From NCBI GenBank assembly GCA_017449265.1, contig JAFSJW010000051.1, positions 29,558-93,557 on the forward strand: a DNA stretch of 64,000 nt, in the 5' to 3' direction. Shown here piece after piece: positions 42,801 to 48,988 of this stretch. The notes below the pieces were generated by a model that saw nothing but the letters and a program-made list of their open reading frames with translations, had not been told where the DNA came from and searched no databases. Position 1 is the first letter of the stretch. Each line of letters starts with the position of its first letter. Origin of the DNA: Treponema sp. Lineage in GTDB: Bacteria > Spirochaetota > Spirochaetia > Treponematales > Treponemataceae. The position numbers and the translations under genes are program-made.

Positions 42801-43812
42801 CTATCTTGAGGTTGGAAAAAAGCACTGCATTAGCGAATTTGCGGTGAATGCGCTGAATGTGCTTTATGCCTATGCCACGAACGGAGCGAATGATGACGGA
42901 AGCGACAGCGAGGGCTGGGACGAAGAAGGAATCTACGGAACGATTGCGCCTGAGTCAAGCAACTACGCTACCCATGATTTTACGGGACTTGCCGGAAACT
43001 ACAATAAGCTGCGCACTGAAAGAAACATCACAGTTCAGTCTCAGTTTGTGGGTGACGGAACAAAATCAACGGGCTTCAAGAAACCTGAGAACGGGGAGAT
43101 TGCGGAGCTTGTTCCGATAAAGAAATCAGCCCTGACAGAAGAAATGATTAGCGACAAAATCAACTATCAGTTCGGAACTGCCTGGCGGCTCTGGCTTCCG
43201 TATACTTTGGATTCGTTCGCCACGAAGAAGGCTGTGCCTGAGAGCGGAACTGACGGAACTGCGGCTGGTGATGATTCAGGAATCTTGAAAAATTTCAAGC
43301 TCGACAATACTTCGGGCAACAAGTACTCATGGAAGGCAGGCGATGAGATTCAGTTCTTGTTCAGAATAAAGGACGAGGACGGTAACGATTTTGAGATTGA
43401 CAATGACGGGGACGATACGACTGCCCCGATTCCGCTGTATGCGGTCTGGATGCCGAACACGGCCGTAACGACCGTTCCGTTCCTTGATTTGTGGTCATTC
43501 TCGCTCAAAGACTTGAAGCTACAGCGCGGTGGTGTTACGATTCTGAACAATGTAATCAATGTGAGCATTCGGGAGCAGACTGTGGTTCAAGTGAACATGA
43601 AGGAGAGCGGAAACCTGAGCGTTTGCGTCACTACGCTCGACGGAAATGTGGTCAAATGGCTGTCGAAAGGTCATGCCTCAGAGGGAGTGCATAACTTTAA
43701 GTGGGATGGTACGAACAAGTCGGGAAATCCTGTTGCCCGCGGATTGTATTTTGTCCGGGTAGTTGCTCCTGAGATTGACGAAACTAGGAAAGTTATGTGC
43801 GTTAAGGACTAG
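30847..43812 (+). CDS. Giant (4321 aa) secreted repetitive adhesin-like protein with a C-terminal FlgD Ig-like domain
   Basis: Signal peptide ...ADLSA|A, G/T/S/V-rich beta-helix-like repeats, six WxGxxSxxW...NW motifs, and C-terminal FKWDGTNKSGNPVARGLYFVRV. Confidence 0.85.
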   Translation: MRCLSGIMNLVFSELFSKIRTCLLIFFALGFFSLSADLSAATYYWIGGASGDWSDGSNWSLTDGGGAAGAYPGAGDTANVCSEATIALTEDITIDAFFISQLNGQSASFTVTISGSQTFTSTTVETYRPSADTGSTETSELILDCTSDIGTLTMHSGANITVPAGQSADIDTVTNVGGAAPATVLTVAGTLTSDTITLSNVDTRTLVITGTVTASTITGTDGSVTNNGTLTVTNTISDELINTASSGTTTATVAGATWTGATSTDWSVASNWAGMVVPSAPTAVTIPSGCTKYPVLSADISVASLSLAASATLGCDTFGMTVTGNVTNGGEITQGSGAFSVGGDVTNSGNLLLGSGTFSVGGDVTNGGSITGGTGTITVTGAVANNDTISFGGGTFSAGSVSNGTGSKISYAGGTSLVWGNSYENLEINTTISDSVDVTAAAVTIGTGGSLSTSGDVTAGPVTFSAAGTISAVNISASSLTFDDAGTLSATGDVSVSGTTNLNSAATIHSAELKLGGNVTGSALTTNGIITNTSSGAITIASLELDGDTTINGGSGLTVTAADYGSKDVTVTGTATLSDGTIKNLFIGDGTTTTSVSGKVTVTDKITVKDDGTFSATDTISVGEVQIESGGTLDSGGKAISVGGNWTNNGTFTHGNAKVTFTDDADVSGSTTFFDAEFQKTADISGSNSFNDVTFDDSATISDTNTFGDVTFNSSATISDTNTFGNVILKDSATISGTNTFSSISATNLGGKTLTVNGTQTVSGSLSLSGTDASGRLSLSGSGSFDAAAADFSGSYLSIGSSVLVSEGGTVSASSFRATHSVPAAGKTVANYQAVNANGWKVQYGNYVWTGAVSTDWNTPGNWRIKSDDGVFDEVAEDVPDETSVVLIPAGCANYPDISSLSSGIEVKVLTIGEALSSDAKITLGAASLTVSGAFSSYGTTIYKDSGRIKSGTSVINDSAHEGTVEFAGTGQTIDLVDYANLVVSGSATSTGAITAKNDVTVKSTGNVTFGGTLSLTNTTEDNLSVSGTATFNGTVTLSGAEDNISVTGTGTAVFVGDMNLSGAKNVLALSGASAEFQGKTTFSGTDITVSGSGEFADAVFSSATAVATVSGPNKFTKFTSSGTGTSITFSDSNSFDDLSLAEGNNVSFGAGKTQTIGSIKTNGTSANPVTLKSTSSGSKWIADFSSAPSNSDFSYTVIQDSESVSQLGLTPAVEYAHDTSVASPTTTNWFSYKYYWLGGTSADWQNGTNWSSDGVNPFTDSSSYPDYENGVSEIIIKKGTSSSAAPYILNLGTGVGGTNPVLIKSMSVESGATVNFASCSVTASSTTSGFTNAGRIRMEGSQNLTGTKSNEAGSVIEYYGAVSSATPWGASYNNIEFTDGATGTVGSAITVAGTTLVANGAGNSLSLSGANAFTGDVFIGANTAHSTSSSTISTISDGGTLTLNCASSFNIAADAECASLTVKSDVSCAGKVTTTGSQTYEKAVGVAGDVSGSDITAIGNATFTGKVTSTAGAQRYEGTVSVGGDVDSKTTITALGAATFDSNVKSIGSQTYRATVSVGGNTEGSDITADGNASFTGTVTTTGAQTYGADASFGGNVSGSQVSVTGETTLGTNGSAISVTTSGTSAITQTYTGAVTLSEDVTLDAGTKTVSFGSTVDGANILTVGTSANKTNVVFGGNVGSSSSLSEITVYGNTTFTGDVTTSGAQTYTGNASLSADSTLTAGGNVTFGTSGTTATPSASGVGSVTSGGKELSVLCGTNTAYFYGGFSDAAKLSLTGNAQIYGSNTFSSIDIDNSGVSSATIVSFDGGTTQTFSAPYSFKGAGSGNELLLTSLDGNSSWWKAVFTTNPDRHGADFDYVKVAYSLSVDNAGSPNPLKIVPTLVHAQELDLDPSNLKTTDWFVFAFYWFGTSDTNWTTKENWCYDAAGTYHALGYPPNDGTSDIVIQANNPEILKLTENISINSLLVTENTVIDFSTYNVTIADTLEVETKGKILLEGTQTVEKASGLPLVYGTSLVLGDESVVEYYDGAISTLALGSKYRKLVFNNSTLSLPSSLDDTSVYETLSFIDGTKGTAEEKFSVTGKTTVANGSANTLSLLGESTFTGGVKISSDESGTNVLGGNITINSAGTLSVLADAECTSLTVKSDVSCAGKVTTTGSQTYEKTVGVTGEVSGSELTAIGNATFSSDVTTTTGAQLYKGTVRVDGNVNSATTITAEKAAVFNSNVESTSSQIYKATVTVSGDTDGSDITADGNATFTGDVTTTGSQVYKAAVTVSGDTAASDITADGNATFTGTVTTSGNQTYNAAASFGDDVTADRLYVTGATTLGANGAAISVTTSGTQTYIGAVSLSADATLTDSAKVTFGTSASSGGGRITSGGNAFTIKSDDLSAAGDVFFYGGFSDAARLSLESENAQIYGSNTFSSIRIDNSVPASATTVSFEGGKKQTIGTISAKGNTFANALTMNSTSSDRWLVYFNSTAPVRSDFSFVIVKDSTSDTELGLVSSKKYASDYCDYVVSEPTTTRWFSHKYYWFGGTSTNWIDNTANCKNWAFDEDGSEYLDADSYPNFKNGLSEIIVLKGTSSTADPHILNLGTGVGGTNPIFIKNMEVRSGATCDFASCSITLEPTSEKIKNNGRIRMSGTQTLVGAKENGTDSVIEYYGPLYASSGKNTLPWGLSYQNIEFTEGFATPSSGIDDAMTVSGTTLFVNGSGKTILITGNSSFSGIMTLGGGTAATAAGSISLAGNNSFGDKINIVKADDVTFSGTNSYSGTVTINQAGHVLMNGNNSGFTLEPFSASDSCTSLHVQCPVTIGNVNSTGHIAGTASNETQLYEKAVTLSSDTVLKGSANDLVHFGDDIAGGNHFLTTDTSDARFDGDISALTTFTVGAKSYFEKTTSSGSGTATQTVSSSGNQSFTGAVAISSDLSLISSGGDMTFSNTIDSLSASSLGSLSAQATEGDVLFNESVGGTVALTKLSVNSKNATVKENKSVTVSNTIDVTTGEKFTLEKNNAVTAPNGMTVTNTGLFYVGSGSSITAGSFVQNGAGLNQIACAFSCVTSASFATDTYIYDASSFTVQNAGGTKGTVSFGANLFISAAGKAVSFSAPVRVTKNYCLFNANVTQSENLTVTKDLVLLNGTSPSAMYDDNKYGDRDSDVLLLFPYAHTSRDGTTHVKPSLIDDFPLPAIYDGYSGGFPTVMPDGTTPITHTSYSSTFSGFSGKTISALQNFYVNGVNLAPGGSWNLTLKNNDSQLLAFAECYNCTISSCTANYALSAAENCTDGGSNSNVFFSRPVLNPNVDAIYTVYDDVIRVEFVDSLTGAVIKIENTNNEISRALAARTATWNTGTFDFIGSYYDADCTVSTDGRGDLSVFYIRTDSSGLESTWNTDATGTDAGNTDGLSTDRHGIHKNTFPTIEIIKARTSEFLYETLRDEHKNRIAQTTGSNRFTAATDHCQPVIVACYIGQEMHTEYDSAVGENSQKYYDAHNFIEFCYSEQVDIGGMPASGTAVEVNGTDVNVQATSSLGAIASGSSISVSGFATLNGAITSFSKTGSSSPHALYRTFSDNAADAPSYHPYRIRVSIAGYVDGTYTVSTGSFHNYPGCVDNLSSPTAITGWFETPLVKDISANSNTAGTYSSGHPLFVTVNNDPDDTIFQRGDMHGSWDTSRPTYAPYFLTYGDWSSSHENYEVIGSVNTPSSFLHNIEFHMFDNTPTYSESRHWAVKQGWISSDSDTGTVPDNVGGSRPFTDPITTGGIRRSSLAEAPLGFTYRVDGESSWRTFQNDEVSQSVKSVLFVNVGQSTGDDGLYFKISLNADDTRLPTSTIFKVKYDKSKAYVTDLAGNRLIDPTEIQTIDVTPPAFLMAIAPIGEKFSYFVFTKALAGLSSDGRRTELSSLSASERSNHFASLKDACSITDFDGFAKDLSIDKIEFVSQNKKQNYTILKFYFNRSVTLADIESTMLIDNGNDSDKAKNIFGIFQDNTYVFDTLGNYLEVGKKHCISEFAVNALNVLYAYATNGANDDGSDSEGWDEEGIYGTIAPESSNYATHDFTGLAGNYNKLRTERNITVQSQFVGDGTKSTGFKKPENGEIAELVPIKKSALTEEMISDKINYQFGTAWRLWLPYTLDSFATKKAVPESGTDGTAAGDDSGILKNFKLDNTSGNKYSWKAGDEIQFLFRIKDEDGNDFEIDNDGDDTTAPIPLYAVWMPNTAVTTVPFLDLWSFSLKDLKLQRGGVTILNNVINVSIREQTVVQVNMKESGNLSVCVTTLDGNVVKWLSKGHASEGVHNFKWDGTNKSGNPVARGLYFVRVVAPEIDETRKVMCVKD

Positions 43813-43878
43813 TACAGATAGTTAGGAAATGGGGATTTCCTTAGAAATTATAAAGTTGTATTATATTGGAGAAGAATC

Positions 43879-44427
43879 ATGGAAGAGAATTTAATCATAT
43901 TATCTAGTATCAATGACCGCTGGGACAAAGATCTCAGCATTACTCTGTCGCGGGACCAAAAGCTTCCCGATGTGCTTCATGTCTTTTTGAAAGGCAGGAT
44001 AGATGCGTACAACGCTGAATTCTTTCAGGACAGACTGAACAAAATCTATCTGCATGGTTTTGTTCGGCTCGTATTCCGCTGCTCATCGCTTGATTATGTT
44101 GCGTCCGCAGGTCTTGGAGTATTTGCGTCCGAATACCAGAAATTTACTCAGAAAGGCGGGCTTTTCGTATTCTTCGGATTGCAGCCCAAAGTTCTTGATG
44201 TGTTCCAGATTCTGGGTTTTGCAAAGCTTTTCTGTATTGCCAAAGATCTTAAAGATGTGGATTACTTCCTTAACAATGCGGACAAAGCGCAGAAGAAAGT
44301 TTTTCCGCTTTCGTTCTGCTGCCCTATTTGCGATAAGCGTCTTACCACAACGAAGAGCGGGCATTTCCGTTGCGCGAACTGCAGGACAATCATCTCAGTT
44401 TCAGAAACTGGCGAAGTTTCGTTCTGA
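43879..44427 (+). CDS. STAS anti-anti-sigma factor with C-terminal zinc ribbon
   Basis: LKGRIDAYNA, LDYVASAGLG, VFQILGF and CPIC...CANC. Confidence 0.88.
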   Translation: MEENLIILSSINDRWDKDLSITLSRDQKLPDVLHVFLKGRIDAYNAEFFQDRLNKIYLHGFVRLVFRCSSLDYVASAGLGVFASEYQKFTQKGGLFVFFGLQPKVLDVFQILGFAKLFCIAKDLKDVDYFLNNADKAQKKVFPLSFCCPICDKRLTTTKSGHFRCANCRTIISVSETGEVSF

Positions 44428-44494
44428 TTTCACTGCGCATTCAATATGCGCAGGAACAATGGAAACGCAATTTTAATTATGTTATAGTATTCAT

Positions 44495-44947
44495 ATGAAT
44501 TGTGAAGTTCAGTATGATGGTGAATATGTTCTTACGAAAAGCGGAAGCAAAAATTTCGGTGAGATTACTGAGGAAATTGCGAGAGTCATAAAGAGAGAAA
44601 AAGGAAAAATCAGGCTTAGAATAGGAAAAGAAGATAAAGGTGAGCGTGGCAATTACGGAGAAAAACATATAAACAGGCAAACAAGATTATCTCAGCTAAA
44701 AAACGCTGGGTTTGAGAATGCACGTGATTTTGTGGAATTTATAGCCTCTGATTACGATGGAATATACAAGGGAATCGGGGCATCTTTAATTATTTGCAAA
44801 AAGATGAATACTTGTAATATTCTTTACATTGCACTTGAGCCAATAGGTGAAGTTGTTTTTTATGATGTAAAATCTTGCCTAATTTCAAGAGAAAGTTATC
44901 TAAAAAATAAAACCCCGCTTTGGGTAAAACCCACAGACGGAGTTTAA
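44495..44947 (+). CDS. Hypothetical protein, possibly a BECR/RelE-like nuclease
   Basis: 150-aa basic ORF. The motif G...GNYGEKHI resembles PBECR-type domains from memory, not from a search. Confidence 0.5.
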   Translation: MNCEVQYDGEYVLTKSGSKNFGEITEEIARVIKREKGKIRLRIGKEDKGERGNYGEKHINRQTRLSQLKNAGFENARDFVEFIASDYDGIYKGIGASLIICKKMNTCNILYIALEPIGEVVFYDVKSCLISRESYLKNKTPLWVKPTDGV

Positions 44948-45015
44948 GCAGAAACGGAAAGGGCGCAGACCAATCATCTTAAAAAGACCCCTAGCGCGGT
45001 CTCGGGCATTTCCAT
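44902..45015 (-). ncRNA. Candidate antisense sRNA overlapping the 3' end of ORF 44495..44947
   Basis: A minus-strand promoter (45049-45022) is followed by no plausible ORF, then by a terminator hairpin (44945-44910) and a U-tract. Confidence 0.5.
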
Positions 45016-45021
45016 CCCTTT

Positions 45022-45049
45022 ACTATATCACAACTCTGCTGAAAGTCAA
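45022..45049 (-). promoter_or_regulatory. Sigma70 promoter with extended -10
   Basis: Minus strand reads TTGACT, a 16-nt spacer ending in TGA, then TATAGT. Confidence 0.65.
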
Positions 45050-45068
45050 TAGTCCCAAAAACAAAATC

Positions 45069-45326
45069 CTAATAACATTCTGAATAAAGCGTGTCGGGGC
45101 AATAATCTATGTCATTTGCCCATGCAATTGAACCATATTCTATATGGACTGTATTAAATAGGGCGGTATTCTTTAGGGGACTAAAACATGGATAATTCAA
45201 AATTTTTTTTGCATCAAAATATTTTTTTTCAGCATTGCTGAATTTTATTTCTAGGATATAATTTTCCAGTGCTTTTACTTCAACAACACGAGGTGCAAGT
45301 GGTTCACCTTTTATTGTTTGCATCAT
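45069..45326 (-). CDS. DUF2442-family protein
   Basis: VVEVKALENYILEIKFSN...FSPLKNTALF...IAWANDIDYCPDTLY. Confidence 0.85.
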   Translation of the reverse strand: MMQTIKGEPLAPRVVEVKALENYILEIKFSNAEKKYFDAKKILNYPCFSPLKNTALFNTVHIEYGSIAWANDIDYCPDTLYSECY

Positions 45327-45335
45327 GCTTATTCC

Positions 45336-45386
45336 TCACTGCAATGGATTAATTTTAAATATCTGCTCACCTTCAACTGCAAGTTT
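45336..45386 (-). pseudogene. C-terminal remnant of a DUF4160-family gene
   Basis: Reads KLAVEGEQIFKINPLQ*, the typical DUF4160 tail, directly upstream of DUF2442. The rest of the gene is absent. Confidence 0.6.
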
Positions 45387-45433
45387 TGTCAATGACGATG
45401 AGAAATTTCCTGATTTTGCCCTGCCAGATTTTG

Positions 45434-45847
45434 TCAAGTCAGTTTCAAAAAATCTGTCGGGCTCAATATTTTTACGGGGGAATTCTTGAAGCCAGTTTCT
45501 TTGTCGCGTGTGATTATATAATCCAAATTCTCTGTTTCAGCGCATTTCATTTGCAAGCCATCTTCCAAATCATTCCAGTCAGAGTTGTTGCAAACGGATA
45601 TAAAAAAATCCTTGACTTCTGAAACAACTTTGAAAAATTTACATAAATGCAAAATCAAAGATTTTCTTTCCGAAACAGACTTATCTTTTCTTAGAATAAA
45701 AAATAAATCAGAAAGCGAATGTGATGAAATATAACCGCTATTTTTGCCCGTTACACACGAATTTATAATTTTGGATGCATTCTCGCAATGAGGTTCCCTG
45801 TTTTGAATCAAGTCTAAAATGATGTTCGCGCCAATTAGAATACGCAT
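45434..45847 (-). CDS. PIN-domain (VapC-like) toxin with the first catalytic Asp replaced by Gly
   Basis: MRILI-G-ANIILD where the family has xxxxxD[TA]N, plus DLEDGLQ and IITRD. Confidence 0.85.
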   Translation of the reverse strand: MRILIGANIILDLIQNREPHCENASKIINSCVTGKNSGYISSHSLSDLFFILRKDKSVSERKSLILHLCKFFKVVSEVKDFFISVCNNSDWNDLEDGLQMKCAETENLDYIITRDKETGFKNSPVKILSPTDFLKLT

Positions 45848-46067
45848 ATTTTTCATCCAGTGCCAAGAGAAGCTCTTGTTTAGGGTTTATTTTCCTATTT
45901 ACCGACCCCTTTATGCTGTTGAAGAATGCAAGACCGCTTTCAATTTCAGAATCAACAGATTTTTTCTTGGCGAAAATCAAACTACTGATTTTATCAAAAA
46001 GAATTTCCAAATCTGGTAAGTCAAGCGTTTCAAGCTGATTGTAGTATGAATAAGCTAAATCTGACAT
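45738..46067 (-). CDS. Antitoxin of the PIN pair, apparently reading through a lost stop codon
   Basis: GGGAG precedes ATG 46067. The EKYAYSN tail overlaps the PIN start, and TGG at 45833-45831 is likely a former TGA. Confidence 0.7.
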   Translation of the reverse strand: MSDLAYSYYNQLETLDLPDLEILFDKISSLIFAKKKSVDSEIESGLAFFNSIKGSVNRKINPKQELLLALDEKYAYSNWREHHFRLDSKQGTSLRECIQNYKFVCNGQK

Positions 46068-46190
46068 ATAGAGCTCCCAAAAAAAGATAGCTCGGTTCAA
46101 CAAAAAATAGCCCGGTAAATTCTCGGTTTTCGATTAACAAGAATATATACATTCAAACCATGCTTGAACCGATTTCTTTTTGATGATTTT

Positions 46191-46218
46191 ATAGTACCAC
46201 ATTTCCCTGCAAAGTCAA
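46191..46218 (-). promoter_or_regulatory. Promoter of the toxin-antitoxin operon
   Basis: Minus strand reads TTGACT, a 16-nt spacer ending in TGG, then TACTAT. Confidence 0.6.
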
Positions 46219-46223
46219 CGCCA

Positions 46224-46282
46224 CAAAAGCAAAATCCCCCGCACAACAGAAATTGTTCTGTGTCCGGGGGATTTTGCTTTTG
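46224..46282. terminator. Long, probably bidirectional terminator hairpin
   Basis: CAAAAGCAAAATCCCCC...GGGGGATTTTGCTTTTG, a perfect 17-bp stem. Confidence 0.8.
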
Positions 46283-46301
46283 CCTATGTTTTTTCTAAAG
46301 G

Positions 46302-48752
46302 TTATTGTGCTGTTACAGAAACTGTACCAGATGTGGTACGGGTTGTACTATAATCAACATCTGTAACAGAAATTCCAATCATATATGTAGAATCTGCTTT
46401 GATATCAAGTAAAACATATCCATCGCCATTTGCTGTGTATGTACAGTTTTGAGCAGTCATTACTGTACCATTCACTTCCACATTCTGATAAGTGTTGTTG
46501 TATGAATGCATATTTATTGTCAAAGTACTTCCTGAAGAAACTGGTACATAGATTTTCGTTCCCGCATTCAGTTGTACATACTGTCCTGAAGAATATGAAA
46601 ATTTTCCACTTGTGCCGCCATCAACATACAAAGGACAGTTTGTAGCACTTCCACCAACAACATATCCTGTTGTTCTATTGATTTGGGTACCGCCGATAGA
46701 AGTTGTACAAGCTGCATCAGAATAGAGTGACAATGTATCAGTTCCATCCATATCCCATTCAACAGAACCCAAAATAGTGCTTGCGGCTGCTGTTACAGTA
46801 AGTTCGGCAGTTCCCTCTACGCCGCCGCAAGTTGCTTTTATAGTCGTAGTTCCTGCGTCAACTCCGCTTATTGCGCCAGTTGAGTCTATTGTTGCAGCTC
46901 CAGTATCGGTTGAAGTCCAGCTGATAGAAGGTGTGTAAGTGTTCATGTAGATTGTGCTGACTGTTGCCGAAGCTGTGGTTGACTCAGTTTTTGCAATTTG
47001 TGAAGCTGCGAGTGTAACCCTGACGGAAGATGGGGCGTTCGCTTCATCGGTCAATGTCTTAACGACAATATTGTTTATATATGTCGTTCCTGTGAAAGTG
47101 AGCGTAAGGGTGGCTGCGCTTGTTCCTGTGTACAAGAAACCTTCGGAACTCTTGTCCGTCGTAGTTCTTGTGGAAGCACCACTTACGATATTTGAACTTC
47201 CGTCATTAACTGTGAGCGTTCCATTTGAATATGTAGAACTTGTCCAAGAAATAACGCTTGGCTCTGTTACTGCGATTGTTATCGTTGAAGTTGAACTTGT
47301 TGTTATTCCGTAGCCTTCGCTGTGATATTTTATGTTGCTCCATGTCAGTACGCTGTCATCGGAAGAACCGTTCGTGAGGGAATCATTCTGAGAATAAGAT
47401 GCCGCGCCTGTTCTTGCCTTTGCAAGAGCAAGAATATCATATGTTGTGCTCTTCACTTCCGTTTCGCCGGCGAGCAATGATTTTGAGCTGTCTGCCGTTA
47501 CGGAAAGTCTGTTGTCGCTCACTGTCCTTGCCACATTCCAGTATGATTCCGTATCTTTCTTGAATTTTGATGAGTTTGTATCGTAGTAGCGGTTAAGAAT
47601 GTTCTCGCGGCCTGCATACTCGGATGCAATCTGGTCGGCTGTAAGAATTGCGCCATGACCTGCGCTGGATGCCGGGAAGTATGAGTCAGTCTTGAATCCA
47701 ATGTACTGCTGGTTGCTAGTTCCGTTCGCCGCGCTTTTCCAAACATCGTCCGCAAGCGTTACGCCATCGCCAAGATAGAGCTTACAGCCAATGATTGCAA
47801 CATTCTCATAATATGCGGTACTTCCTGCCCACGGATTTCTTCCGAGGTAGAAATTTTTGAGTCCGCTTTCTGCCTGCAATGTTGAGTTGTAAAGGACGAT
47901 GCCTTTCCACACGGAGTTATTTTTTGAGAGGCGCGGGGCCGTGATGTATGCGGAAGTCGTTCTTGTTCCGATTGCGCGGATAACGCACTCTTCGTAAAGC
48001 GCGACTTTTCCGTCGTATGTTTCCATCCACAAGAAATCTACATCGCCCTCAATGTAGCACTTGTAGAACCATGCCTTTCCCTCTGTGCAGATTGTGTCCT
48101 GACCTGAGAGGAAAGAGCAGTTGTAGCAGGTGAGGAATCCCTTGAACGAGTTGTTGCTTACGCCCAAAGTTTCTGCCTGCGCCGTTCCCTCTGTCATTCC
48201 GTATGAGTTCTTCAAAGTAAGGTTCTCAAGGACAATGTTCGCAGTTCCTTCAAAAGAGAGGAGCGAACGCGTGCTTTCAGCTGCCATGTCAGAGCCTTGT
48301 CCGACGATAAGAACATCCGTTCCGTAGGCTGTGTTTGAATCACCTTTGATTTTAAGGTTGTTGTTGCTTCTGTATTTGAGTCCCGTGGCATTGTAAGTTC
48401 CGGGAGTGAGCGTAATTGTGAAAGAGCCGGTTCCTGCTGCCGCCGCATCGAGCGCGGCTTGCAATGAAGTATATGTTCCGATTGTTGTGTCAAGAAGAAT
48501 CATATCGGAAGAAGTTGATTGTGAAAGTGTGATTGTTCCTGCCGATGAAGATGCAGTTGTAGCGATTCTGTCCGCAGTTAGTTTCTCGAAGCTGCCCGTG
48601 CCTGAGCTGGAACTGCCGCTACTACTGCTTGATGAGCTACTGGTTCCTGTGTAATTAGTTCCGCCGGAACATCCTAAAATACCGCCAGCCGTCACTATGC
48701 CAACTGCGCACAGGAAAGCGGCGAGATTTTTTTTTAAATTGACTTTTTTCAT
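46302..48752 (-). CDS. Pectin methylesterase (CE8) lipoprotein with Big_2 and additional C-terminal domains
   Basis: ILG-C lipobox and Ser-rich linker; CE8 motifs QAETL, GQDT, EGDVDF and LGRNPW; Big_2 motif WTSTDTGAATIDSTG. Confidence 0.85.
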   Translation of the reverse strand: MKKVNLKKNLAAFLCAVGIVTAGGILGCSGGTNYTGTSSSSSSSSGSSSSGTGSFEKLTADRIATTASSSAGTITLSQSTSSDMILLDTTIGTYTSLQAALDAAAAGTGSFTITLTPGTYNATGLKYRSNNNLKIKGDSNTAYGTDVLIVGQGSDMAAESTRSLLSFEGTANIVLENLTLKNSYGMTEGTAQAETLGVSNNSFKGFLTCYNCSFLSGQDTICTEGKAWFYKCYIEGDVDFLWMETYDGKVALYEECVIRAIGTRTTSAYITAPRLSKNNSVWKGIVLYNSTLQAESGLKNFYLGRNPWAGSTAYYENVAIIGCKLYLGDGVTLADDVWKSAANGTSNQQYIGFKTDSYFPASSAGHGAILTADQIASEYAGRENILNRYYDTNSSKFKKDTESYWNVARTVSDNRLSVTADSSKSLLAGETEVKSTTYDILALAKARTGAASYSQNDSLTNGSSDDSVLTWSNIKYHSEGYGITTSSTSTITIAVTEPSVISWTSSTYSNGTLTVNDGSSNIVSGASTRTTTDKSSEGFLYTGTSAATLTLTFTGTTYINNIVVKTLTDEANAPSSVRVTLAASQIAKTESTTASATVSTIYMNTYTPSISWTSTDTGAATIDSTGAISGVDAGTTTIKATCGGVEGTAELTVTAAASTILGSVEWDMDGTDTLSLYSDAACTTSIGGTQINRTTGYVVGGSATNCPLYVDGGTSGKFSYSSGQYVQLNAGTKIYVPVSSGSTLTINMHSYNNTYQNVEVNGTVMTAQNCTYTANGDGYVLLDIKADSTYMIGISVTDVDYSTTRTTSGTVSVTAQ

Positions 48753-48988
48753 TTTTTTTCTCTCCAAAACTATTTTGGTAACAATATTATCGCATATTCT
48801 ATCAGTTATTTATATTTCAATTTTGAGGTAAATTTGGATTTTTCAGATATTTAAAGAAAAAAAATCAGAATCATCCAAATCAAAAGTAGTTGTTCTTTGA
48901 TTTTTTTTGGATAATTCTGATTATTAAAAAAGTTGGAAAATTGCAATACGCTGTCCGAATTTTTTCGCAGGCGCAAGCACCGTCAGAT

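Noticed and set aside
31224-42825. Many antisense and alternate-frame ORFs inside the giant gene (also within argS, obgE, tilS and comM)
   Set aside because: These are expected shadows of biased codon usage in long genes.
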